Source: Trueperaceae bacterium (GTDB lineage: Bacteria; Deinococcota; Deinococci; Deinococcales; Trueperaceae). From it: a stretch of DNA of 64,000 nucleotides. The position numbers and the translations under genes are program-made. The stretch lies in the NCBI GenBank assembly GCA_034520945.1, contig JAXHNB010000005.1, positions 608,001 through 672,000 on the forward strand. The letters are read 5' to 3'. Shown here in pieces: positions 21,277 through 30,936 of this stretch. The notes below the pieces were generated by a model. The model ran no database searches. It worked only from the letters and a program-made list of their open reading frames with translations, and was not told where the DNA came from. The stretch's first letter is position 1. Every line of letters starts with the position of its first letter.

Positions 21277-23238
21277 ATGGTCCTCGCGGCGCTCCGGCAG
21301 GTCGACAAGCACTACGGCGAGCAGACCGTGTTGGGCGGCGCCACGCTCGAGATGCGCGGCGGCGACCGCATCGCCCTGATCGGCCGCAACGGCGCCGGCA
21401 AGAGCACCATCCTCCGCCTCCTGGACGGACGCGAACGGCCCGACGCCGGCGAGGCGTGGACCCGCGACGACGCCGTCGTGTCTCTCCTCACCCAGGACCC
21501 CGAGTTCCCGCCCGGCCACACCGTCCGCGAGGTGTGCGAGGCTGCGTTTCAGGACCTGGACGAGATGGAGGCCCGCCTGCAGGCGCTCGAGGCGGACGGC
21601 CTGGACGACCCCGACACCTTCGCGCGCTGGGAGGTGCAGCACGCCACCTTCGAACGGCGCGGCGGCTACAGGCGCCGCGCCCGCCGCGACATGGTGCTGC
21701 ACGCCCTGGCGTTCACGGGACGAGAGCACGAGGACGCCGGCCGCCTCAGCGGCGGCGAAAAGACCCGCCTGGCGCTGGCCCGCCTGCTGATGCGCCAACC
21801 CGACGTGCTGCTGCTGGACGAGCCCACCAACCACCTCGACGTCGAGATGCGCACCTGGCTGGAGAGCTACCTGGCGCACTACCCCGGCGCCGCCCTGATC
21901 GTCAGTCACGACCGCGCCTTCCTGGACGGCGCCTGCGACCAGACCGCCGAGGTCGGCCGCGGCCGCCTGCACGTCCGCCCCGGCAACCCCACCCGCTACC
22001 GCCAGGAACGCGCCGAGCAGGAACGGATCGAGGCCCGCACCCGCCACAACCAACACAAGGAGGAGGCCCGCCTGGAGGGCGCCGCTGCGAAGATGCGCAA
22101 GTGGGCGGGACAGAACGCCAAGCTGATGCGGCGCGCCAAATCGATGGAGACCCGGCTGGAACGCCACCGCCAGGGCATGCTGGACGACGCCGAACGCCCC
22201 GGCCGCACCGTCCGCTTCACCTTCCCCTGTGACCCGCGCGGCACCACCGTGCTGCAAGCCCACCACCTCTCCAAACGCTTCGGCGCCGAGGCGCTGTTCC
22301 AGGACGTCGCCGTCACCGTCCGCAACGGCGAACGCATCGCCGTCACCGGCCCCAACGGGGCGGGGAAGACCACCTTCCTGCGCGTCCTGCTGGGCGAACT
22401 GCCCAGCGACGACCCCCGCGCCCGCATCGACTACGGCACGCACGTGCGCGTCGGGTACTACGACCAGGAGCTCCGCGGCGTCGACCCCGAGTTCACCCTG
22501 ATCGAGGAGCTGATCCGCCTGGTCGGCGACCGCGAAGGGCACGACCTGCTCGGCAAGTTCATGTTCCCCTTCGGCGCGCAGTACAAGAAGGTCCGCGACC
22601 TCTCCGGCGGCGAGCGCGCGCGCCTGGCGCTGCTGAAGCTCACCCTCGGCCAGCACGACGTGCTGGTCCTCGACGAGCCCACCAACCACCTGGACGTCGA
22701 GATGATCGAAGCGCTCGAAGCCGCCCTGGACGTTTTCGAAGGCACCCTGCTGCTGGTCAGCCACGACCGCCGCTTCGTCTCCTCGCTGGCGACCCGCGTG
22801 TGGGAGATCCAGGACGGGCAGTTCGAGGACTACGAGGGCGACTGGTCGTTCTACGAGCGCAAGGCGCAGGAGCGGCGGACCGCCCTGCAAGAGGCGCAGG
22901 ACGCCTCCACCCCGCCGCCCGAGGCCGAGGCGCCCGCCCGGCACCAGACCCGCGCGGCCCGCGCGGCCGACGCCGCCGTCGACGCCCGCTTCCGCGACCT
23001 GAGCCCCTGGAAGCTGGAACGCGAGTTGGCGCAGCTGGAGGACCGCGTCGCAACGCTGGAATCCGAGCTGGCCGAGCTGCAGGGCCGCCTGGCCGATCCC
23101 GCCATGCACATTGGCGAGCACCTGGCGGAGTTGGGCCGCGCCCACGCCCGCACCGAGTCGGACCTGCTGGCCGCCATGGAGGCGTGGGAGGCGGCCGGCA
23201 AGGCGCTGGAGACCAAGCGCGCCGCCCGCGGGCAGTGA
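21277..23238 (+). CDS. ABC-F family ATP-binding protein (Uup/YheS-like)
   Basis: Two NBDs ([44 protein letters not shown]), no TM segments, C-terminal coiled coil. Confidence 0.93.
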   Translation: MVLAALRQVDKHYGEQTVLGGATLEMRGGDRIALIGRNGAGKSTILRLLDGRERPDAGEAWTRDDAVVSLLTQDPEFPPGHTVREVCEAAFQDLDEMEARLQALEADGLDDPDTFARWEVQHATFERRGGYRRRARRDMVLHALAFTGREHEDAGRLSGGEKTRLALARLLMRQPDVLLLDEPTNHLDVEMRTWLESYLAHYPGAALIVSHDRAFLDGACDQTAEVGRGRLHVRPGNPTRYRQERAEQERIEARTRHNQHKEEARLEGAAAKMRKWAGQNAKLMRRAKSMETRLERHRQGMLDDAERPGRTVRFTFPCDPRGTTVLQAHHLSKRFGAEALFQDVAVTVRNGERIAVTGPNGAGKTTFLRVLLGELPSDDPRARIDYGTHVRVGYYDQELRGVDPEFTLIEELIRLVGDREGHDLLGKFMFPFGAQYKKVRDLSGGERARLALLKLTLGQHDVLVLDEPTNHLDVEMIEALEAALDVFEGTLLLVSHDRRFVSSLATRVWEIQDGQFEDYEGDWSFYERKAQERRTALQEAQDASTPPPEAEAPARHQTRAARAADAAVDARFRDLSPWKLERELAQLEDRVATLESELAELQGRLADPAMHIGEHLAELGRAHARTESDLLAAMEAWEAAGKALETKRAARGQ

Positions 23239-23293
23239 ACGGCCCGGTGGTACACTCGCTGCCACCGACCGATTTCCGTGCCGAGGAGGCCCC

Positions 23294-24052
23294 ATGCAAC
23301 GAGTCCGTTACCGAAGCTTCGACGGCGTCCACTGGGGCGAGGTGGAGGGCGGCCGCGTGCACCAGCTCACCGCCATGCTGGGCCGCCGTAGCGGCGCGGT
23401 CGTGCCCCTCACCGACGTGTCGCTGGTGGCGCCCTGCGACCCGCGCACCATCGTGTGCGTCGGCAAGAACTACGCCAGCCACGTCACCGAAATGGGCGGG
23501 GACGCCAGCGACCTACCCAGTGATCCGGGCCTGTTCCTGAAAGGCCTCAACGCCCTGGCCGGCCCCGGCGATCCCGTCCCCTACCCGCACTGGACGCAGA
23601 ACCTGCACTACGAGGGCGAGCTGGCCGTGGTCATCGCCCGCACCATGCGCAACGTCAGCGCCGCCGACGCGCTGGAGCACGTGCTGGGCTACACCTGCGC
23701 GCTGGACGTCACCGCCCGCGACAAGCAACGCAGCGACCTGCAGTGGGTGCGCGCCAAGAGCGCCGACGGGTTCTGCCCCGTCGGGCCGTGGATCGAGACC
23801 GACCTCGACCCCACCGACGTGCGCGTCCGCACGGTCATCAACGGCGAGACCCGGCAGGACGGGCACACACGCGACCTGATCTTCCCCGTCGCCGAGGTGC
23901 TGTCGTACGTCAGCGGCTTCATGACGCTCGTCCCCGGCGACCTGGTCCTTACCGGCACGCCTGAGGGGGTCGGCCCCCTCCGCGTCGGCGACGAGGTCCG
24001 GGTGCACGTCGGCGGCGTCGGCGACCTGACCGCTCTGGTCGAGGCGGCGTGA
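23294..24052 (+). CDS. Fumarylacetoacetate hydrolase family protein
   Basis: IVCVGKNYASH, LHYEGELAVVI, DVTARD.Q, RAKSADGFCPVGP, GDLVLTGTPEGVG. Confidence 0.93.
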   Translation: MQRVRYRSFDGVHWGEVEGGRVHQLTAMLGRRSGAVVPLTDVSLVAPCDPRTIVCVGKNYASHVTEMGGDASDLPSDPGLFLKGLNALAGPGDPVPYPHWTQNLHYEGELAVVIARTMRNVSAADALEHVLGYTCALDVTARDKQRSDLQWVRAKSADGFCPVGPWIETDLDPTDVRVRTVINGETRQDGHTRDLIFPVAEVLSYVSGFMTLVPGDLVLTGTPEGVGPLRVGDEVRVHVGGVGDLTALVEAA

Positions 24053-25017
24053 ACGACGTCCGAATCGGGCCGCCCGACCCCGCCCCGCCTCAGGATTTGG
24101 GCGGCGGTACCTGGCTGCTGGATACGGGCCTGGGCGGCATGCCCCGCACCATCGGCGTGTTCCTGCAGCACCTCCCCGACGGCCGCGCCGCGCTGATCGA
24201 GGCCGGCTCCGGCGCCACCGCCCAGGCGCTCCAGGCCCAACTGCAGGACCTCGGCGTCGGCCCGCGCGACCTGGCCGCGCTCATTGTCACGCACGTGCAC
24301 CTGGACCACGCCGCCGCCGCCGGGACGCTGTCCGCCTGGGCCGACGCGCCCGTCTACGTCCACCCGAGCGGCCTGCGCCACCTGCACGATCCCGCCAAGC
24401 TGTGGGCCAGCGCCGCACGCCTCTACGGTGACGCCATGGACGCCCTGTGGGGCCCCATGCAGCCCGTGCCCGAAGCGCGCTTGCAAGCGCTGGAGGACGG
24501 CCAGGAATTGACGCTGGGCGGCCGCAGCTACCGCGCGGTGCACACCCCCGGGCACGCCCGGCATCACCTGTCCCTGCTCGGGCCCGACGGCGAGGCGTAC
24601 GCCGGCGACGCGGCCGGCATCCAACTGCCCGGCAGCCCGCTCATCCGCCCGGCGCTGCCCCCACCCGACGTGGACCTGGAGGCGGCCGAGGCGTCGTGTC
24701 GCCGCCTGGCCGACGCGCGTCCCGCCCGGCTGCTGCTCACGCACTTCGGGCCGGTGGACGATCCGCAGGCGCACCTCGCGGCCGTGCCGGAACGCAACCG
24801 CGCCTGGGCGGAGGAGGTGCGCCGCGGCCTGGACGCCGGCGAGGACGAGGACGCCCTGATCCGCCGCATGGAGGCGCTGGAGGAGGCCGAGATGGACGAG
24901 GCCGGCCTCACCGGCCCGTCCGACACGCCCGTGCGCGCGCACCTGAAGGCCTCCAGCGACGCGCGCATGACGGTGATGGGGTTGGTGCGGTACTGGCGCA
25001 CCCGAACCCGCGACTGA
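24049..25017 (+). CDS. MBL-fold metallo-hydrolase
   Basis: THVHLDHA, HTPGHARHH, AGDAAG, THFG motifs. Confidence 0.9.
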   Translation: MNDVRIGPPDPAPPQDLGGGTWLLDTGLGGMPRTIGVFLQHLPDGRAALIEAGSGATAQALQAQLQDLGVGPRDLAALIVTHVHLDHAAAAGTLSAWADAPVYVHPSGLRHLHDPAKLWASAARLYGDAMDALWGPMQPVPEARLQALEDGQELTLGGRSYRAVHTPGHARHHLSLLGPDGEAYAGDAAGIQLPGSPLIRPALPPPDVDLEAAEASCRRLADARPARLLLTHFGPVDDPQAHLAAVPERNRAWAEEVRRGLDAGEDEDALIRRMEALEEAEMDEAGLTGPSDTPVRAHLKASSDARMTVMGLVRYWRTRTRD

Positions 25018-25089
25018 GCGCGCGCCCGCACGCGCCTGGGCGGGACGTACGCCTCGCACGCCCGTCGCCCGGTACGGTACGCTCACAGC

Positions 25090-25812
25090 ATGGACCACCC
25101 CGCCGTCGCCCGCCGTAGGGCGCCCCTCGCGCTCGTGCTGGCCGTCGCGACGCTCCTGTGGAGCGCCTGCGCGCCGGCGGCCGACGAAGAGGGCGAGGCC
25201 GAAGCGCGCACCGACCCCACTGGCCCCGTCTCGTACGTGCCGACCGCGACCGGCGCCACCTGGAGCTACCTGCCCAACGGCGCGCCGCTGTCAGATCCGC
25301 GCGTGAACGTCACCATCGAGGGACCGACTGTGTTGGACGGCGACGTGGTGACCACCTGGCGGCAGGTCGGGCGCGGCTTCGACGTGCGCTACTTCCGCGA
25401 GCACACGGGTGAGGGCACCTTCCTGTTCCGCGAGGAGCGGCCCGGCACCATCATCACCTTCGACCCGCCCATCCGGGAACTCCCGCCAGGGCCGCTGCGC
25501 GTCGGCGCCACCTGGTCGGGCGACACCACCGCCACCCTCCGCTTCCCCGAAGCCGAGGAGGCCCAGAGCCGGGAGCAGCTGGAGGTGCAGTGGGTGTACA
25601 CGGTGGTCGATCGCCGCACCGTCAACGTGGTGGCCGGCGAGTTCGAAGCGTTCGTGCTCAACTTCACCAGCCGCAGCGTGAACGAGGACGGCGAGGTCGT
25701 CGACGAACTCACGCAAGAGACCTGGTTCTCCCCGTACCTGGGCGAGGTACGGACCGAGAACGGCTTCGTGCTGGTCGAATCCAACCTGCAGGGTCTGCCC
25801 CGGGCCGAATGA
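25090..25812 (+). CDS. Hypothetical lipoprotein
   Basis: Signal peptide with lipobox-like WSAC; beta-rich body ending ETWFSPYLGEVR. Confidence 0.7.
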   Translation: MDHPAVARRRAPLALVLAVATLLWSACAPAADEEGEAEARTDPTGPVSYVPTATGATWSYLPNGAPLSDPRVNVTIEGPTVLDGDVVTTWRQVGRGFDVRYFREHTGEGTFLFREERPGTIITFDPPIRELPPGPLRVGATWSGDTTATLRFPEAEEAQSREQLEVQWVYTVVDRRTVNVVAGEFEAFVLNFTSRSVNEDGEVVDELTQETWFSPYLGEVRTENGFVLVESNLQGLPRAE

Positions 25813-25889
25813 CGCGGTCCGACGCGCACGCGCCGCGCGGGGAACGCGGCGAGCGCGGCGGGCTGCAGGGGCAGGGAGGGAACCACGAC

Positions 25890-27824
25890 ATGGCACTCCT
25901 CGACGACATCCACACCCCCGCGGACCTGAAACGCCTCCCGCGCGAGAAGCTCCCGCAGGTCGCGGACGAGCTCCGCGCCGAGATCATCGCGATCTGCGCC
26001 CGCACCGGCGGGCACCTGGCGTCCAGCCTCGGCGCGGTCGAACTGACCGTCGCGATGCACTGGCTGTTCGACTCCACCTACGATCGCTTCGTGTGGGACG
26101 TGGGCCACCAGACGTACGGCCACAAGATCCTCACCGGCCGCCGCGATCGCCTGGACACCATCCGCAAGGACGGCGGGCTGGCCGGCTTCACCAGCGTCAG
26201 CGAGTCCCCCCACGACGCGCTCACCGTCGGGCACGCCTCCACCAGCCTGGCCGCCTCCCTCGGCATGGCGCTGGCCCGCGACGCCCGCGGGGAGGACTAC
26301 CGCGTCCTGTCCGTCATCGGCGACGGCGCCCTGACCGGCGGCATGGCGCTGGCGGCCCTGAACCAGATCGGGCACGTCAAACCCAAGATGACCGTCATCC
26401 TGAACGACAACGAAATGTCGATCAGCGAGAACGTCGGCGCGCTGAACCACTACATGCGCCAACTCCAGGTCCAACCCTGGGTGCAGCGCGCCGAAGTGAA
26501 GAGCAAGAAGGCCCTCTCCGACGTGTGGGAGCCGCTGGCGACCCTCGGCAGCCGCGCCAAGTCCGCCGCCCGCCGCTTCCTGGACCCCGCCAGCAACAAC
26601 CCGTTTCACGCCATGGGGCTCCGCTACGTCGGGCCGATCGACGGCCACGACGTGCTCCAGGTCCTGTACTACCTGGAACGCATCCGCGAGCTGGACGGCC
26701 CCACCATGCTCCACGTGCTGACCACCAAGGGCAAGGGCTACCAGGTGGCCGAGTCCGACCCGATCACCTGGCACGGCGCGTCGAAGTTCGATCCTGAGGC
26801 GCCCGTCCACGCCGGCAAGCCGTACCAGTGGTCCAACGCCTTCGGCGACGCCGCCATCCAACTGGCCGACCACGATGATCGCATCTGGGTGGTCACCCCC
26901 GCCATGCGCGAAGGCTCCGGCCTGGTGACCTACAGCCAACGCCACCCGGACCGCTACCTCGACGTCGGCATCGCCGAGGACGTCGCCGTCACCACCGCCG
27001 CCGGCCTCGCCCTGCGGGGCGAAAAGCCGATCGTGGCGATCTACTCCACCTTCCTGCAACGCGGCTACGACCAGGTGATCCACGACGTGTCGATCGAGAA
27101 CCTCGACGTGATCTTCGCCATCGACCGCGCCGGCCTGGTCGGCGGCGACGGCGCCACCCACCAGGGCGTGTACGACCTGGCCTACCTCCGCGCCCTCCCC
27201 AACCTGCAGATCGGCATGCCCCGCGACGCACGGCAGATGCGCGGCATGCTCAAGACCGCCCTGGCGGACGGCGGACCCAAGGCGGTCCGTTGGCCCCGCG
27301 GCCAGGTCGAGGCACCCCCCGACGCCGGCGTGGACGGCTGGGAGCCGGTCCCCTGGGGCCGCGGCGAAGTGCTGAAGGAGGGCCGCGACCTGTGGCTGGT
27401 GGGCCTCGGCCCCACCCTCGACTACGCGCTGGAGGCCGCCAATGAGGACCCACGCGTCGGCGTGGTCGACGCCCGTTTCGTCAAGCCGCTGGACGAGGCG
27501 CTGCTGCTGCGCCTGGCACGAACTGGCGCGCGCCTGGTCACCATCGAGGACCACGCCCTCCCGGGCGGTTTCGGCACCGCCGTCGCCGAACTGCTGAGCG
27601 ATCACGGCGTGCCGGCCCCCCTCACCCGCCTCGGCATTCCCGACGTGATCGTGCCGCACGGCTCGCCCGCCAAGCAGCACGAGGCACTCGGGTACGGCCC
27701 AGGCGCGCTGCGCCGGCGCATCCGGGCATGGCTGGACGAAGGCGAGTCCATTTCCAAGGAGGAGGAGACGGACACGGCGCGAGGCGGCACCTCCGGTGTC
27801 GCGGCGGCGGCCCGCAGCAGCTGA
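25890..27824 (+). CDS. dxs: 1-deoxy-D-xylulose-5-phosphate synthase
   Basis: GGHLASSLGAVELT, WDVGHQTYGHKILTGR, GDGALTGGMA, LNDNEMSISENVG, YSTFLQRGYDQ, DRAGLVGGDGATHQG. Confidence 0.98.
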   Translation: MALLDDIHTPADLKRLPREKLPQVADELRAEIIAICARTGGHLASSLGAVELTVAMHWLFDSTYDRFVWDVGHQTYGHKILTGRRDRLDTIRKDGGLAGFTSVSESPHDALTVGHASTSLAASLGMALARDARGEDYRVLSVIGDGALTGGMALAALNQIGHVKPKMTVILNDNEMSISENVGALNHYMRQLQVQPWVQRAEVKSKKALSDVWEPLATLGSRAKSAARRFLDPASNNPFHAMGLRYVGPIDGHDVLQVLYYLERIRELDGPTMLHVLTTKGKGYQVAESDPITWHGASKFDPEAPVHAGKPYQWSNAFGDAAIQLADHDDRIWVVTPAMREGSGLVTYSQRHPDRYLDVGIAEDVAVTTAAGLALRGEKPIVAIYSTFLQRGYDQVIHDVSIENLDVIFAIDRAGLVGGDGATHQGVYDLAYLRALPNLQIGMPRDARQMRGMLKTALADGGPKAVRWPRGQVEAPPDAGVDGWEPVPWGRGEVLKEGRDLWLVGLGPTLDYALEAANEDPRVGVVDARFVKPLDEALLLRLARTGARLVTIEDHALPGGFGTAVAELLSDHGVPAPLTRLGIPDVIVPHGSPAKQHEALGYGPGALRRRIRAWLDEGESISKEEETDTARGGTSGVAAAARSS

Positions 27825-27935
27825 GCCTGGCCCGGCCAGCGTCCCGCAGTGTCCGGCAGCGTCCGGCAGCGTTCGGCCGCGTGCCGGCGCATCGCGGCCG
27901 CGCCCGCACGGCCGGCGGGGCCGCCGCCTAGCGCG

Positions 27936-27964
27936 TTGACAACCCCCAGGCGGTCGGGTATCCT
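27936..27964 (+). promoter_or_regulatory. Sigma70-type promoter of the tRNA operon
   Basis: TTGACA (27936-27941), 17 bp spacer, TATCCT (27959-27964). Confidence 0.85.
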
Positions 27965-28000
27965 CCCTCTTGCCCGCGCAGGATTGCGCGTCGCTGACGT

Positions 28001-28076
28001 GGAGCCGTAGTGTAGCGGTTAGCATATCTGCCTGTCACGCAGAAGGTCGCGGGTTCGAATCCCGTCGGCTCCGCCA
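28001..28076 (+). tRNA. tRNA-Asp(GTC)
   Basis: Acceptor GGAGCCG/CGGCTCC, anticodon arm TCTGC-CTGTCAC-GCAGA, GGTTCGAATCC, encoded CCA. Confidence 0.97.
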
Positions 28077-28114
28077 GCACCGGTCAGGGCGCCCCCAGGG
28101 GCGCCCGCCCGTGA

Positions 28115-28190
28115 GGCCAGGTAGCTCAGTCGGTAGAGCATGCGACTGAAAATCGCAGTGTCGGCGGTTCGATTCCGTCCCTGGCCACCA
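28115..28190 (+). tRNA. tRNA-Phe(GAA)
   Basis: GGCCAGG/CCTGGCC acceptor, TGCGA-CTGAAAA-TCGCA anticodon arm, encoded CCA. Confidence 0.97.
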
Positions 28191-28216
28191 TTCACGTGTC
28201 GTCACTCCCGCGCCGC

Positions 28217-28291
28217 GCCAACGTAGCTCAGCGGTAGAGCAGTCGATTCGTAATCGACAGGTCGTCGGTTCAAATCCGACCGTTGGCTCCA
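28217..28291 (+). tRNA. tRNA-Thr(CGT)
   Basis: GCCAACG/CGTTGGC acceptor, GTCGA-TTCGTAA-TCGAC anticodon arm, encoded CCA. Confidence 0.96.
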
Positions 28292-28295
28292 GTCT

Positions 28296-28320
28296 CGAAC
28301 CCCGTCGCCGGCGGGGTTCG
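28296..28320 (+). terminator. Hairpin after the tRNA operon
   Basis: CGAACCCCGTC-GCC-GGCGGGGTTCG stem-loop; weak U tract. Confidence 0.55.
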
Positions 28321-28751
28321 CTCGTCCGTGCCGTGGCGCGGGCCGGCCTCGGGCCCCATGCGAACGTCGTGGCGACCTCCTGCGTCGAGCCCCCTGTGGC
28401 GCGACCCCTTCACGTTCCGGCTGCCTGGACGACCGCGCCTGATTTCGGTCCGAAATGTGCCACCTCCGGCGCACCTGTTCACAGGCCGTCGTCGATGCCG
28501 AAGCAGCAGAGGGTCGTGCTGCACGTACGAACGGCGGTCGCGGTGCTCCCCCCACGGTGTATGCACCGTATGACGCATACGCGCGGTTTCCGTAGGGACG
28601 CCGACAACGCCCCCCCAACCCCCGTTCAGGAGGGGGCGAATGAAATAACCGACGGTTCGCGAGCCCGGCCCGGCCTATGCTTCGGACATCTCGGAACCGG
28701 CCCCCGCCGCACCACGGTCGACCGGGGCGTGAGCGGGGGAATCGACGAGGA

Positions 28752-29318
28752 ATGCGACTCTACTTCATTCGACACGGGGAACCCGACTACACCAGCCTGG
28801 GATCGCCCGGGCTGGGCACCCGCGCGCACGACCTGGCGCCGCTCACGCCGATCGGCCGCGTGCAGATCGACACCATCGCCCGCGACTACCGCCTGCAGGA
28901 GGTGGACGCGGTGCTGTCGTCGAGCTACGCCCGCTCGCTGGAGTCGGCGGCGCTGCTGGCGCGCTCGGTGGGGAAGCCGTTCTTCGTGGAGGTCGACCTG
29001 CACGAGTGGCGGGCGCACGCCGATCCGGCCCGCGAGCTCGATCCCGAACTGCTGCGCCGCGCCGGCGAGCGGCTGAAGTTCGGCGAGGACCCCGGCGAAG
29101 GGCCGTGGGAGACGCTGGACGAGGTGCGGGCGCGGGCGCTGAACGTGCTGCGCCGCTACCGCCGCTTCGCCGCGCTTGCGGTCGTGACGCACGCCGTGGT
29201 GATCGCCAGCGTGGTGGGCCGGCCGCGTCCGGTCGACCACGCCGAGATCGTGCCGTTCGACCTCGACCCCGATGCGCCGCCGCCGGTGCGCCGGACCGGA
29301 TCGCCGAAGGTGGGGTGA
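28752..29318 (+). CDS. Histidine phosphatase (phosphoglycerate mutase-like) family protein
   Basis: MRLYFIRHGEPDY, LTPIG..Q, SS.Y.RS.ESA, LHEW, VVTHAVVI. Confidence 0.88.
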   Translation: MRLYFIRHGEPDYTSLGSPGLGTRAHDLAPLTPIGRVQIDTIARDYRLQEVDAVLSSSYARSLESAALLARSVGKPFFVEVDLHEWRAHADPARELDPELLRRAGERLKFGEDPGEGPWETLDEVRARALNVLRRYRRFAALAVVTHAVVIASVVGRPRPVDHAEIVPFDLDPDAPPPVRRTGSPKVG

Positions 29319-29394
29319 AGGGTGGGGTGAGCCGGACCCGGCGCACCCGCGCGCCCGAGCCGGCGCACCCGCACCCGCGCGCCCGACCCGCGCG

Positions 29395-30108
29395 TCAGCG
29401 AACGCCGTGCAGGATCTCTTCGAGCCCGTCGAGGTCGCGGAGCAGGATTTCGCGGGGGAAGGTCGTGATCACGCCCTCGCTCTCCAGGGTCTTCAGGGCG
29501 CGGGTGACGGTCTCGCGGCTGGTGCCGGCCATGTTGGCCAACTCCTGGTGCGTGAGGCGGACGCGCGGGCCGTCGGCGGCCAGCTCGACCACGCCGCCGC
29601 GGAGGAGCCGCAGCAGCACGTAGGCGACGCGGCCCTGCGCGTCCTGGTAGGACAGCACCTGTGCTTCGTCGTCCATGCCGCGCAGGCGGCGCGCCAGGGT
29701 GGCGTTGACGTTCAGGGCGATGCTGGGGTTGTCGTGCATCAGGCGGTGGAAGTCGTCCCCGAACAACAGGAGCACCTCAACGGCGGTGGCGGCCGCCGCG
29801 GTGGCGCTGCGAGCGGTGTCGCCCAGGAGCGCCATCTCGCCGAAGAACTCCGGCGGGCGCAGCAGGGCGAGGGTCTTCTCGTGCCCGGCCAGGTCCACCT
29901 TGGACAGTTTGGCGGTGCCGCGGCGCAGCAGGTACACGGCCTCGCCCTCGTCCCCTTCGCGGAACAGCAACTCGCCCGGCGGGTAGGCGCGACGCTGCAC
30001 CGCGTCGGCGGCGATCTCCAGCGCGCGGGCCGGCGCGTTCGCGAACAGGGGGACGGTGGCGAGAAAGGAGACCAACGCCTCGTGGGAACGCTTCGCGTCA
30101 TCCGTCAT
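29395..30108 (-). CDS. Crp/Fnr family transcriptional regulator
   Basis: cNMP domain (LFREGD, FFGEMALL...RSATA) and HTH LTHQELANMAGTSRETVTRAL. Confidence 0.95.
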   Translation of the reverse strand: MTDDAKRSHEALVSFLATVPLFANAPARALEIAADAVQRRAYPPGELLFREGDEGEAVYLLRRGTAKLSKVDLAGHEKTLALLRPPEFFGEMALLGDTARSATAAAATAVEVLLLFGDDFHRLMHDNPSIALNVNATLARRLRGMDDEAQVLSYQDAQGRVAYVLLRLLRGGVVELAADGPRVRLTHQELANMAGTSRETVTRALKTLESEGVITTFPREILLRDLDGLEEILHGVR

Positions 30109-30148
30109 CCGCGGGTGAGCCTACCACGCGGCTGCTAGCATTCGCTTC

Positions 30149-30826
30149 GTGACCGCCGTCCTGCGCTGCTCCTCGCTCCACCGAACCTTTCCCACCCCGG
30201 CCGGGCCGTTGCCGGTGCTGCAGGGGGTGGACCTCGCGGTGGCGCCGGGGCAGGTGGTCGCCATCCTGGGGCCTTCGGGCAGTGGAAAGACGACGCTGCT
30301 GCACCTGTTGGCGGGCCTGGACCGGCCCACCGGCGGCGAGGTGTGGTGGGGCGACCTGGCCGTGCACGCGCACGCGCCGAAGGCGTTGGCGCGCGAACGG
30401 ATGGCCCGCGTGGGGTTGGTGTTCCAGGACCCGCACCTGCTGCCGGAGCTGGACGCGCTTTCCAACGTGACCTTGCCGGGCCGCATTCGCGGCGCGGCGG
30501 ACGCGGCGCACGGGCGGGCGTTGCTGGACGCGGTCGGCATGGCCCAGCGCGCGGGGGCGCGGCCCGCGACGCTGTCGGGGGGCGAGCGGCAGCGGGTGGC
30601 GGTGGCGCGCGCGCTGTACGCCGACCCGCCGCTGATCCTGGCGGACGAGCCGACGGGCAGCCTGGACCGCGCGACCGCCCGCACCGTGTTCGCGTTGTTG
30701 GTGCGCCTGGCGCGGGAGCGGGGCCGCGCGGTGGTGATGGTCACGCACGACGAGGGGTTGGTGGAGGAGGTCGACGCGCGCTGGCACCTCGAGGGCGGCC
30801 GCTTGGCCGGGGCCGCGTCGGCGTAG
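30149..30826 (+). CDS. LolD-like ABC ATP-binding protein
   Basis: GPSGSGKTTLL, LSGGERQRVAVARAL, ADEPTGSLD, VTHD. Confidence 0.9.
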   Translation: MTAVLRCSSLHRTFPTPAGPLPVLQGVDLAVAPGQVVAILGPSGSGKTTLLHLLAGLDRPTGGEVWWGDLAVHAHAPKALARERMARVGLVFQDPHLLPELDALSNVTLPGRIRGAADAAHGRALLDAVGMAQRAGARPATLSGGERQRVAVARALYADPPLILADEPTGSLDRATARTVFALLVRLARERGRAVVMVTHDEGLVEEVDARWHLEGGRLAGAASA

Positions 30827-30936
30827 CCCTGACCCTGCCGTGGCTGCGTGCTACACTTCGTAGCGACGCAGGAAATCCGTTTGCACGTGGGATTCGCTTA
30901 TGTGGACGGACCTGCAGCTACGCTCTAGGAGGTTTC

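Noticed and set aside
27833..27880. Degenerate 10 bp tandem repeat (GTCCGGCAGC-like) after dxs
   Set aside because: Only a few imperfect GC-rich units and no spacers; not CRISPR-like.
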